DNA of 58,931 bases, the filler included, from Sphacelaria rigidula (Eukaryota): the NCBI GenBank assembly GCA_964200075.2. It is 4 parts of 4 records of this genome, joined end to end, with 100 filler letters (N's around TTAATTAATTAA, not from the genome) between each part and the next. Parts side by side here need not be neighbours in the genome. Positions count along the whole stretch, not along the records: positions 29,517 to 44,174 come from CAXNAA020002118.1; positions 44,275 to 58,931 come from CAXNAA020002119.1; 2 more parts are not named here. One strand, given 5' to 3'. The position numbers and the translations under genes are program-made. Below are positions 38,901 to 51,300 of the stretch, one piece after another; within the stretch, counting starts at the first letter, position 1, and every line of letters begins with the position of its first letter. Below the pieces are notes generated by a model that saw only the letters and a list, made by a program, of their open reading frames with translations, was not told the DNA's origin and searched no databases.

Positions 38901-40029
38901 TACAGCATCACCCTGGTGGGTTGGTGCGAGACGAATCATGTAAATAAGGGCCTGGAAGATGCGCTCTTTGTGATGCTCATGAGCGGTACATCATTCTTCA
39001 CTGGTTCATGATCAACAGAGAATGGGATCCTTCATCTGGACATCGGCCATATTCGATGCAAGGAGCACCACCGTCAGTCATCAAATAGGCTCGCCCCCTA
39101 AAAGAATCACAGCTTAGCTTCGTCTTCACGTGAAGCACTTGTGCCATTTGGCTACAAATGCCGGCGGTGGACACTTTTAAGAGGACTAATATTCACAGGT
39201 GCACCTCATTTTCCGGGAATGCGCTCAAGGCAAAGTTGACTCAGCAAGCCAGGCCGCGGCCAACCAAGGCGCTCGCGTTGCGCTTTAGCGAGGGGTTGAA
39301 TTTCGAGAGCGAGATAGTGTTTTGGCCTTATGTAATGTAGCATGTGCAAAAAAGTCCCCGACCGCACTCCCACAGCCCACGACCGTCTGACATGATGCAG
39401 AAACACGAGAGGCAACGACACACTGTTATGCACGATACAAGGTACGTGCTTGGTGCTTCACATCGGGCTGTGTACTGTTACTGCAGTACGCTTTCGTGTG
39501 ACAAATGGTGAGTGCGGACGGCGTACAGTTCGTGAGTGTGCGCACTCGTGCCTCCGCCAGGAATGTACTGTCTGCGAAACAACCTGTTTTCGACTGTTGG
39601 GAGAGACAAACTTCGACTGGCATGAGACCCGTGCACAAAAGAAACAAACGGCTGTCTTTACACGGTGCTCATCATAGCATTGGAACGCAGGAACAAACAT
39701 GACAAGGCGAAGATATCACCATTTCAACTGAAGACGTGACGTACGGGCGAGGCAGATGTATCCTCGCAGTGGTGCAACTTTCTCTTGCAAGAGGATCACT
39801 CAAGGTTGGCAGCAAGCCGCACTACGGTATGCCCACCGGTGAATGTACACAAGCTCGTAGGAACCGGACAAATCACTTGATTTTATTACGGGAACATGAA
39901 CATGACAAAAGGAGGAGCAGCCAAAACATCGTCATTCTCTCACCTCACGCGGGCCGGGGCCATAGATGGCACGAAGGCGCTAGCCGATCCCACACACGCC
40001 ACCACCGCAACAGCCGAGCAGAACTTCAT
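35820..40029 (-). CDS. psbU: Photosystem II 12 kDa extrinsic protein PsbU precursor, complete, about 162 aa. Exons 40029-39944, 36887-36672, 36143-36061, 35923-35820
   Basis: Spliced product: MKFCSAVAVVACVGSASAFVPSMAPARV S QTTMSAQQ...KIDVNNANVRAYIKLPGM YPSAAGKIVSNGPYASVSDIYNIKGLS DKEKAAMKKHESRFITLDPQAMYTIDRINNGLYR*. It has the PsbU motifs and C-terminal NNGLY. All introns are GT-AG and the total is 489 nt. Confidence 0.95.
36061..36143 (-). CDS. psbU: psbU exon 3
   Basis: cgcag|G YPSAAGKIVSNGPYASVSDIYNIKGLS G|GTGAGG. Confidence 0.92.
36672..36887 (-). CDS. psbU: psbU exon 2 (transit/lumen peptide and mature N-terminus)
   Basis: RGEFLK...AAAPVVA EVDNPVVPFLGGGDKIDVNNANVRAYIKLPG, donor AT|GTGAGT. 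Confidence 0.92.
39944..40029 (-). CDS. psbU: psbU exon 1: signal peptide with ASAFVP (ASAFAP-type) plastid-targeting motif
   Basis: ATG at 40029, hydrophobic stretch, ASA-F cleavage motif, donor AG|GTGAGA. Confidence 0.85.
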
Positions 40030-41532
40030 TTTGAGTATAAAGGTTTGTGTGAAGCTTACAGGAACAGAGGGTTTGGTATACGGCAGTACAGGCTCCTTCA
40101 GAGATCAATAAACTGGGTGTCCGAGGGTGTGTACTTGCTTCTGAAGGGGTCCACAAATCAAACTTATGGAAAATATGTGGCAGCACAAAATGTACTTGAA
40201 TTTAATGTGCCGCAGTGCTTTTCCTGCATGAAAAAAAACACTTGAATTTAGTGAGCCCAAATCCGTCACTTCAAGTGGAGGGGTTGTTGTTCCAAATCTA
40301 AATTTGTGCGCCCATCGCACAGCCTGTACTACAACAGTACAGTAGCAGTATGCACTACTGACTGTTGTTGCGGCGATCGATAACGAGAGATGGTAGTGTG
40401 TTTGCCTAGACGAAAGATGAATGAAAGTGAAATTGATAAGTAATGTGCAAAGAGGGAATTTTCGTTATCTTCTGCTGGAGTATCCATGATGGTCGTCACA
40501 TATCACCTCTGAAATCGGCGACATGAAGATCTGCAACTCTTCTCGAAAGATACATTTTCGTTCTAATTTTCTATATTGCAAGGGGCATCACGATCGTTGA
40601 ATCGTTGAATCGTTGAATCGTTCTAACGTGGATGTGATTTTCGAACGGCACGCCATCGCTCGCCAGCTTCGTGTTCGCGCAAGGAACAGCAGTAGGACAA
40701 GCACTACTTCCCCTGAACCCCGCTTTTTTTTTCAGTTCCGCGACGAACAGAACTAGATGGCATGGTATGTGGTATTGTAACGAAATAAATGCGCTGGTTT
40801 TTTCTGTAAAATAGTATGTACCACTGATCGCATATGTAGCACTGATGTTGTGAATTGTGCATCGTAGTCGTTATTATGTTATTATCAGCTAGTTAACTAC
40901 TGACCACTGGTGAATGTTGGTTTCATTACAATGATCGATACTGCTGTTGCTACTTACTGCAAGATCGATTGTATCGAACATCCAACCAGCGTAACATTGT
41001 ACCCTACATCTGGGAGTCGAGTGTTGGCGCACTGCATCCCTTTTTAATATCCACCATGGTGGCCGCTGGTACACGCCATCGGCGTTGTTGAGAGTTCTTA
41101 GGTTATGATATGCTATATGGGTGGCTTGAACGACATATCCCTATAGAGTGAATCGGGTTTTGATCGCACCTACATCCTGGGCATCCGGTGTGCCAACAGC
41201 CTGTTCACGCCATACACATGCTAGTTAGCTTGCCGACAACCTAGGGACAGTCGATAATATGTACCCATGGCCAACCGTGAACCTTCCACCCTATTTTTTA
41301 ATCCCCCCTGCTCCCCCTTGGGGATGCATGACCGGCTGTTTGAAGCCAAGGAGTGAAAAATTTGCAAAGGCGCCAAGGGGAGGGTACAGTACCCCTCATA
41401 GTACCCTGGGTCTCCATGTGTGTTCTCCATGTGTGCTGTCATCCCATCTATTCTGGACGCCACTCGACACCTTGAGGTCTTTCGATGTATGCGGGCGCAT
41501 CAGCCGGGGTCACATAGGAAGGATGTCCGCAC

Positions 41533-41781
41533 AATAGTTTTTTTTTCTAATAATAATTTGTCCTTCGACGGTGCTTGCCACATTTTTTATCGCGAGATGG
41601 AATCAGCTTTCCCTTTTCCTCAACCTCAAGTCGAATTTGATTTATTCGTACCCACGACAAAGTTGCTCTCCACTAATGGGCTTGATGTGAAGAAAAATCT
41701 CACATTGTGTGACTTCTCGAGATTCGAACCCACGTCCCAACCATCAGAAGGTTTCGAGATAAGCGAGCGACCGGGGCGACC
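41533..41781 (-). mobile_element. tRNA-derived SINE-like element
   Basis: Minus strand reads GGTCGCCCCGGT...CTCGAAACCTTCTGATGGTTGGGACGTGGGTTCGAATCTCG (B-box), with an A-rich tail. Same family as 58674. Confidence 0.65.
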
Positions 41782-42102
41782 GGCGTTCTCCATATACTGT
41801 TGTAGTAATTGCAGTACCGAGGACCTCAGCAACGTACACCTGGGGTATCGACTTTGACATTACTGATGTGCATTCCGAGGTACGTGCCTGGTGCACGGAC
41901 TCCTCGAAAATACCCTCACCACTATTTTCATACTCTACCCAAAGCACCCTTGAGTAATGGAGTACCCCTCGCCCACTGTGGTTTTCTTTTGTTTTTACTT
42001 CCGTACCTTTGCTTTCGTTCTCCTCTTTTATTTTCCTCCATTTTGAAGTTTATCCTCTCTGTTCTCTGTTTCATCTCATGTTTCCCGTTTCTCGAGTTAC
42101 CT

Positions 42103-42481
42103 CACACGCGGCCATCCGGCTACCCCCATCAAAATCCTCCATCGCTATTTTCATTCTCTCGGGGTAATATGCCCTCTACAGGGGTTTTCATCCCCAGGTG
42201 AGGTGATAAACCAATCCTCTGGAGGGCATCTAATGCTCCAGTGATTCGTGAGGTCTGAATGCCTCGAGAGTAACCAAAAACATGGTGCTCTGGAGGGCCG
42301 CGCATCCTCCAAATTCCTCCGGAGAATGCGCAGCCTTCCAGAGGCAAAACAAGCCTCTGGAGGCGTTTGATACCACCCCTCTGGAGGGCCGCGCACCCTC
42401 TGGAGGCGTTTACTACCTCTTGAGGCTCGAAAAGTTGACCGGAACAGACTATTTTTGGGGGTAGCCGAATGGCCGCGTGTG
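42103..42481 (-). mobile_element. Same CAC-ended element, copy 3
   Basis: CACACGCGGCCATCCGGCTAC ... GTAGCCGAATGGCCGCGTGTG, with internal CTCTGGAGGGCCGCGCA repeats. Confidence 0.7.
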
Positions 42482-44174
42482 CTGTCCTCGCGAGTGTTCT
42501 TCCATGCATTTTACCTTGGGAGCATACGTCTATTTGGCGACAAACCACGCCCGTGTTCGTAGTGGATCAATTGATGTTCGATATCGTTCCATTCATCTCG
42601 CTTGCCCCCGTTTTCAGGTAGCCCTGGACTTTATTAATGTTGTCAGCCACGCAACAATATCATCCTCCTCACCCTCCCTCCCTCTCCCCTGTTCCCCTGA
42701 ACGCAGACCGTACTTTCAATGTTACCGTACTCAGCTATTGTTCAAGAGTCTGATTTCGGGACTCAAAAATACATGCAGCACTCTATACTCCAAACACTGT
42801 TTGACCCTGAAGCAATTCGCGTTTCGGGGTGCTCTTTTCTGCATCAGTATCATGCACTCTTCGGTGATGCTACAGTCGTGAGTTACTTCGTGCACTTCGT
42901 CGCTACAAGCAGCAAAATTCCTGCACTCCGTCGCTACAAGTAGCAAATGTTACGTAAGCGCTCTTAGCATCAACATGGCGTACGCTTTCCACACCGCTGG
43001 ACAATGATTTCACCCAACCACAAGCCCACATCGATTGTGTGACGTCGTGAAGCACAACTATGAACTCCTCTGCTTCGTGCGATCACCCCCCGCCCCCGCC
43101 CCCCCCCCCTCCCGAATCGCAGGATCATTCTTCTGTCAGGGGTAAAAAAGGGAACTCCATATGCCTGCCCTCTTTGCTTCTCCCCCGACACCTGTCCCCT
43201 AGGACGAGAAGAAACAAGACCGTCTGCAAAAGCGTGAAAAAAAAAACACAATCTCAAAGACGACCCGCTTTTTTCCAGGCCGGCTTCTGAGGGCCCGTCA
43301 TGTTGACAGGTCCTTCCGACTGGCGGTTAAGACGTGGTAGAAAGCGATGGATACAAACACCACGATACCCAGCGTGTTCACGAAAGTGGACAAGTTCTTA
43401 TCCATATCTTGCGTCATCTTTCTTCGCTTTTCACGTCTCTCTCCCTTGGTCCAAGCGAATACTCTTCTTCAGCTATGAAAAACAATACTCTTCAACAGCA
43501 AATGAAGGTCGTCTCTCTCCTCTCTCTCTCTCTTCACGTCCCAAACTCGGACGGGAGGGTACTGAGCCTCAGGAACCTAATGGATGAAGGAAGCACGGAA
43601 GGAAGCGTGGGAACAAAATCAGGGGACGTACGTAGCAAAACAAATTGCATCAGATATGCGCGTAGCAAACACACTGGGGTGGGTGCGAGCACGGGAAACG
43701 GATACTGGTGGTGCGCGGATCTAGAGTTGAAGAAACGCAGCGCGGGGATGTATCATAGCTGGGCTTACGGATCTGGATTACTGAGACTGCGAATGTAGGC
43801 GCAAGTACGGTTCGTTTCGCAACAGAAGTAATCTTCCAACGTTGTGAAAAGGCCTTCACATCTCAGCATCATCAGGCGTGACCAGATCCGTGACACACGG
43901 CGAACGGTACCACAAACCTGTCGAGCGGGTAGAGAACACGATACGATTCAATACAAGAATACATGCCGTGGCTCGAAACGTCTGTCGTTGACTCAACCGC
44001 CTCAAAGCTCGGCAGTCTATCCTCGTTGCTCGTACTTTGGTCAACGCAGAGTGACTCCGTACAAGTGCATGCCACCGTCTCCGGAAAATGAGTCATGCCA
44101 CGATAGGGAGGGGGGCGGGGGTTACTCATGATCATGCATGCCATAGTCATAAGACCATTAACCTCGCATCCCTA

Positions 44175-44274
44175 NNNNNNNNNNNNNNNNNNNNNNNNNN
44201 NNNNNNNNNNNNNNNNNNTTAATTAATTAANNNNNNNNNNNNNNNNNNNNNNNNNNNNNNNNNNNNNNNNNNNN
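44175..44274. other. Artificial 100-bp contig spacer
   Basis: Same structure as 14659-14758. Confidence 0.97.
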
Positions 44275-45249
44275 GCTGCTTAACTGCTGCGGACATTTGG
44301 GGGGGAAGATGGCTTCGTTCGGTCGTGAGTGTTTCGCGTCATCCCTGCAAAAATGAAATGCCACTTCAACCTCATGTTCGGGATGGACCCCATTTTTCAG
44401 GATCCGGTGTTCCCAAGAGGAACTCTCGGCTGGCCAAGACCGTATTTATCATTATTACTTCGTATACTTCATTATTATTTCTGCACATTTGTCCGTGGGA
44501 GAGGTGGGTTGATCCCTTGAGACCATGGACTCGTCTCGAGGAAGGGGAGAGGCTCAAAGTGCGACAAATATAAGAAGAAAAAACATAGCCCGATCTCTCG
44601 AACCCGTGGTTACAGACGTAGGTTTCTCTTTCCAGTACTGTCCCTGCTATTCCTTACAAGACATACATGGAGTCCTCCATCAGTTTTTCAGAGACTCCAG
44701 CCTGATTACAAGAACGAACGCAATCAACTGGAGTATTTCCAAAATGAAACCAAAAATATGTTATTGGTCTGAGATGATTGCCCAAATGAAACTGAATGTA
44801 TATGACTATTTTGAGATAATTGCCGATGTCTGAGCAATGGTTTACGTACAGTTCAAGTCTCTCGGTCAGCAGCACTCGTGCCCGCTGAAGTCATGGGCCG
44901 TGATGGCTTACACGTTGCTGTCGCAGCCGAATCGGACTTAAACGTTCGAAAGGGAATTTGATGCCGATCTTTTTCCGTGAAGTAGGCCACGTTTCATCAC
45001 AAGTATCAAGTTCGAAGCCGAGTCTTTTGCCGGACAAAGACAGCGCAGAAGACGCACGGTAGAATTTTGTTCACAACATGGGTCGAGTGTGGTCTACGGT
45101 TACGTAGGTACGAAGCTATCGCCGCGCATAGTTGTGGCGATGATTTGTGGCGATGTGGCGTTGGTTTTATCCGGAACAAAGATTGGTATCTTCCCCTCCT
45201 GCCCCCCGTTGTCGTCCTCTCCCCATCGCTTGGATGATGACATCCGCAG

Positions 45250-45320
45250 AACTCCTCCCCCAGATTGTTCATCAGAGAGCGACGTGCACATCAGATACGA
45301 AAGCTCATCAGCCCGCTTAT
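45250..45320 (+). CDS. MC5E first visible exon
   Basis: Pyrimidine tract then ccgcag|A TPPPDCSSESDVHIRYESSSARL T|GTGAGT. An alternative acceptor before 45264 is possible. Confidence 0.75.
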
Positions 45321-48300
45321 GTGAGTTCTTGGACGCACTAACCTTTGTTGGCTTTTATATAGAGAGTACTTCGGCGATTTGATGGTACAACGGACAGCGT
45401 TAGGTTGGTAAATGTGGGTTCGCCTCCCTCTAGATGCGCTTAGTATTTGATTTAGGTCTTGAGCAATGCTACGGTAGGGGTGCACTTTTTGCGAAACATC
45501 TTTTTTGGTTTAGGGGTCCGACAAGTTTGAAATGCGATGAAATATCATGTTGGATGAAAACAAAATCCAAGACAAGGGGGGTGGTGGTTCATTATTGTCC
45601 CCTGATTGGGGGTAATCGTGAAAATTCAGCTTGATTGTACCCAGCAGTCGAAAAATCGGGTTCCCGGGCGTGTAGGTGCTGAATCACCTGCTCTTTTTCG
45701 GAATTAAGACGGGATCTTACAAATTGGGGATGGATCTTTTATTGGGGATGAGAAACCTGGAGAATTCAAATCTTCATATGCACACGAAATCTTTGAAATA
45801 TGTGTCCATTTCTTCACGTATTGATAGCTATTGACAACTGCTACACGCCGTAGAAATTTGGATCTCGATCACCGAAATGTTGGTGTCCTGGGTGAAAAAT
45901 AATTTTGAGGAACTCCGGGTGTCCGAACGGACGCCGAAATGTTTCCGAAATTGTTTTTCACCTAGGACCCCAACTTTTCGGTGATCGAAATCCGAATTTC
46001 TGTGGCGTGTAGCAGTTGTCAATAGCTATCAGTAGCTAGAGACATGGAACCATGTTTCGAAGATTTGGTGTGGACACAAAGATGTGAATTCTCCGGGTTT
46101 CTCATCCCCAATAATAGATCCATTCCCAATTTGTTAGATCCCGTCTTTATTGTTGAAATTCTTGCCTTTCTGCACCTGGTCCGCACTCCCAGTAGTGGAC
46201 ATGTCTCACCAGCAGCGGGGAAGGCTTTTGACCGGGGCTTCGAAGTTGTTTTGGAGGGAACTTCAAAAACAGCGGTTTTGATCGCGCCGCGCCAGAACAA
46301 AAAATGCATAGAAAAAACGGTTCGGGAAAAGAGTACCATGGGGCCGGGTTACGCCGCATAGCGTCCAAATCTGACTTACAATGCCGGCCAGAGGAAGTAT
46401 TTGGTAAGCCTTTTCTTAGATGAGATAAAGGCATCTCAACAACTTTAACCTCAGAAAATACGTGACACCCCTACCGTAGCACCACTCTCTTGACGAGCGT
46501 TAGGGCGTGCGTAGGAGAACAACTAACTTGATGAGCTCGTTTGGTGACAGTCGATGCGGTGCGGGAGTGCTGATAACATGACATGATCCAACCTGCGAGG
46601 CCATTTTGAGCCCTTTGCCGGGAAGATGGATCGATCTTTCGAGACCAGGGACTTGTCCCAAGAAGGGAGGGTCTAATTTATGACCCAACGTGAAAAATGT
46701 GTTATTTTAGTACCGCCGTGTCCCGGTGGGGCGGAGTAGGAGGCTCTACTCTCTGCGGATGAAAACCATGATCTCTAGGGCTACCTTCTCAGTAATGCCT
46801 ACTCTCTGTTGTCGAGATGAGGATGTGGAAGTAGAGAAGAACTGACGAATGTCAACGCGGTGCGGGAGTGCTGAGACAACACGCGATGCTAATATGCCAT
46901 GCGTTCACCGGAGGAAAAATAGGTTAATCCGTTGACTACGCGATCGTGTCGAGGAATGGGAGAAACAAAAAGGATTGAAAAAGTATGATGGACTGTCTCT
47001 TGCAACTTGCCGAATTGAACGATTGTGGCAGTAATTGTCGGCGACGTCACCTCTGCGGGGCGACCCGCGTATGATTTGGTATTTGACAACATGCGCAGTG
47101 CAAGCGTTGCGTCACGCTTGGACGCGCCCGATCACCACACGATGTGGTTTGAGCAGGTGTCATTCCCCCGCAATTGATGCCCTCACTTTCATATTATCGG
47201 TGCCTGCCAGCGGATGATATTTACCTGTGCTGGACAAGTTACCCCAGATTCGTGTTATGACCAGCTTCCCCGCGTGGTTTCTTGACCACCCCCCCCTCTC
47301 TCCAGCGAAGTACAAGATGGCCTTTTACAGCCACGTGAATATCTATTTTTGTCACCGGTCCTACGCACATTCCCCTGTACTATTCATATTCAACAATGGT
47401 TTTGTTCATAAAATCAGCAGACGTGGAGCACGAAGACAGTAGCACGCGAGGGGGGTGCATCACCCTCACCGAGATCTACGCTGCATTGCTCGACGACAAT
47501 GGTGAACCCACGGGACCGCTTTATATCATGGACGATGAAGACAACAAACTCGAGGTTGCCGACGAGACGGCCACAGGGCGCTGGTTGCTAACTGAGGAGG
47601 TCTATATCCAAGGCGGAGTCACGCTGATAGTGTGGGGTGCAGAGATGGGCGGCGACGCTGATGTGCTACGGCTGGAGTCTACGGGTAGCAATTTTTTCAA
47701 CCTCAGGGCGTATGGAGGAAGTCTGTCGTTCATGTTCACCACGGTAAATTCACCTGCTCCTGAATACGAGGGATGTAGAAGATAGACGCCATCGACGTTG
47801 TTCAGTGATGGGGCGCTCCGAACGTGCTCAGAGAACGTTGACTGACGATTTATGTTACCCTTCGGAGCTCACATTGCCCAAGTGACTGTTCAGCATTGTG
47901 ACGTGTTTCAAATTCCGTTGAACGTGTGTGTCTGGGCGCGTGCGTGTGTGTTTCTGAATACACGCTTCTAACTCAGTCAACGCGCCAATCGAAAGTGTGC
48001 TCAGTAGATCTGCTTCTCAAGCTCGTGGTTCATCATCGAATTCTTTGCAGCATCGTACATGCGAAAATGCGGCAGTATTCGGCAAGGACAGAGGACTCCC
48101 CTGTAGTCGGAACACGAGATACAGTAGAGTACTGTTGTGCTGTACAGTACCAAGCGTGTGCCAGAGCCATGGATAGTAATTTAACTTAGATTGACGGCCT
48201 GGCTTCCACTCCGCCAATACATGCTACCCCCAGCCTAAATCAATAGGACCTCTAACTAGTGTACGTTGGCATGAGGGGTGCTGTCAGCAACCCACGCTGA

Positions 48301-51300
48301 AACACTGTTGACTCGGAAACATCATTTCGACACACCAAGGTGGCTGAAATCCACCGATTTTTGCTTTTCCACCTGGCTGGTCTCGTATCTCGAAAACCAA
48401 TAGGTGACATCATGGGACACGAGCGCCGGGAACGTGCGGGAATCGTTCAGTGGAGGACGCTCGTACATCAGCTGCGTCAGTGAAGTGCCCACGGGCGACG
48501 AGTGTCGGGGAGCAGAAAAAGACAAGGGAGAGTGCCGCATGGTGAGACATACTTCAAATCAGGCACTCATCATCGAGTTTTGTCCCCGCTTACACTCTCT
48601 GTTGCGGCTTGTCGCGCAGTGTGGTGGCAACAGCTTCTTCCATCATACCCCATGACTTGACGCATTATGGTCAAATGGGATTCTACAACAAAAAGCCTGC
48701 GGACACTGCATTTTCTTGTCTCTCTGTATTTTTGTTCAGAAACCATTCTTGGAGGCTCGTAGCAAGGCGAAATAACATGGGAAGTGGGCTACAGTCCCCT
48801 TGATGGGGTGATGCAAAGAGTCCCAGACAAGTGATGGCGTTAGTACCTGTTCAACGGCACAAACCCACGCCAAACGTCTGAATACTAAAAAACAAAACAC
48901 CCCCCCCCCCCCCCCCCCCCCAACACGCGCGAAGCCAGCCCAACCCCGAGACACATGTCTGGTCGGTTTTCGTTCGTGCCGGCGTTTTTGTTGCAACACA
49001 TGCACAGAAACCTCGGAATCGACTATGTGATTGCTGTACTGACTGGAATATATACCAAGTATCCACTTTTTCGGTTGTGCTACTCGACCTCTACACATGC
49101 AGGACATCATCCACTCCGAAATGGGCTACCTCGGCTATCCCGCATCTGAGTCTTACGGTGAGTCAGCACGCCTCCATCCAGCGATCGGGGGTAGGTTTCG
49201 GAGGCTGATTCCGGCAACACACGTTGGTCACGCACCAGGAGCGAAGCCAGCTTGAAGCCGGGGTATGTGAATCGCACCGGCGCCAGTATCTCATCTGGGA
49301 GTGTGGTGGTGATGATAATTGTCGCAGAGTGGTTGGCATGTTTTCTCAGTTCAGCGTGTATGGTCCCTTGTGCCGCAGAAAGGATAGGGAAGCGCCAAAG
49401 AACCTTTGCACATGAACGTCAGTCACCAATCGCATCGCAGTGCGATTTTTTCAAATTTCAATACAGCATTTTTGTCGAGCATGAACCGCAAACGACCCGT
49501 TATTGCGATCGAATGTATCTGCGGTTGCGCAAGTTTCCTCGAGCGTATTTCATCATCATTGGGAGAATATGCTGACATGCCTACCTTCGTTTTATGGCTG
49601 CGTCAATGTATGATGACTGCTGAACAGGCCTTACATGGAAGGTCCGTGGTCTCTGCGAGGACAAGAGCGACCCAGATCATCCCGTCAACGAGAACGAAGG
49701 CGTGAGTGAGAACAGTATTTAGTAGCTAGCTACTGCTGCAGCTCTCGGAGATAACGCCATCACATTGTTGAAAGGTGCCGAGTTCGAGGAACGTGCAATA
49801 GTCGTGACTGCCGTGGGTGAAGGTCTCGGGAAAATGGCGGGAAACAAGCGTCACCAAGTGTTTCCAATGCGAACACATCATCTCCATGTGGCTCGTGCGG
49901 CTTGGCAATGTACAAGGAAAATATGTCACAACTGGTTGGTGAATGCTACAAAACAGCAGTGGTATAGGAATCGGTTGCGACGTGTGCCGAACTGGAACAT
50001 GTCCTGCTGTCTCCGCGTCCGCACATTTTGCGATGCTGCTGCTCTTCCATAATATGGAGTTTACGATAGCCTTGATCATTGTTCAAATTGTTCTGTGTGT
50101 TTTACACGTATGGTTTGCTAGTAACGCCGAATTTACGCTTTCATTTCGCTGTATACGGTGGCTATGTGCAAGGCAACCCCGTTCCCCTTCGATTCAGCCG
50201 CCATCGTGCAGAATCCAAAGTTTTACACTTGGTAGCTTGTGTGTGCGTTTTTTTGCTTCGGACGTTGGCTGCGTCGGCTCCGAATCGCTATATGACGGCA
50301 CGATGTAAACAGCTGTTCGACACGGTGAACGTATGGGGAGACATCAAGCACTCCGACATTCACCACATGTACTACGGTGAGTATCATAATCGAACTCTGT
50401 TGAAGGCTCTGATATAGGATGGAACTTGAACCTTCGGACTGCTTTGCCAAAATCATATCTCAGTACACAATAAAACTACATTCGCACACTTGTACAGACT
50501 ACGGACTCTAGAAGTGGTTGTCAGTATGTATAGAGTTGTATAGAGAAGGGTCTCCCGAGTGACTGCGTCCTCGATGCTTGTGTAGAGAAGGCTGCTCAGA
50601 CATTATTTCTCGTACACTGCAGGACTACTCAACAGCATCTATCGACGGTGTTGCAAGGCATCCGTTGTTCAGTGCGGGTGCATTTCCTTCGTCCATTGAG
50701 CGTACAAAATCCAGTGAGTGGTTCACAATCAGCGATCCTTGTCGACGTTGCAGTGTTGTTCCTTTTCCATGATGGAAGGGCTGTTGCGCCGGTGATTCTT
50801 TTTACGTTCCAGTTTAAGCGGGGATGTTCCGCAGTATCAATCGTACTGACCCAGAGTAGAAATCATCGTGGGAAAAGGGGTGATCACAATCAGCGCGGAT
50901 AGCTATAGCGTAGTAGGCATGAATCGGCGGTGGAAGAATCAGCACGGCGAAGGACGAACATCACTGCACAAATCGCACGCGGTCGCTACTCAAAACCTGT
51001 CCTCCTAGTCCGGAAATTTATGGCTAAATTGGCACTGTGTTCTCGGAGCTTCAGGCGCCACTTTGTGGACACATGTACTGTTGCTAACCGTTTCTGGCGT
51101 AAAACTAGTCATACATCATCATATTACGTGTCGCCTTGTTAGTTGGGGAAATAATACAAAGTTCAAAAGTGAAAATACTCTACAAGACCTCGGCGAAGCG
51201 GAAGTTGGAAAATCAACAGTATTCACGTTAAACCCGAAACGGCCGTATACCGTACCATAACCACCCCCGTGACTGCCAGACTATTCAGACGCCCGGTCTG

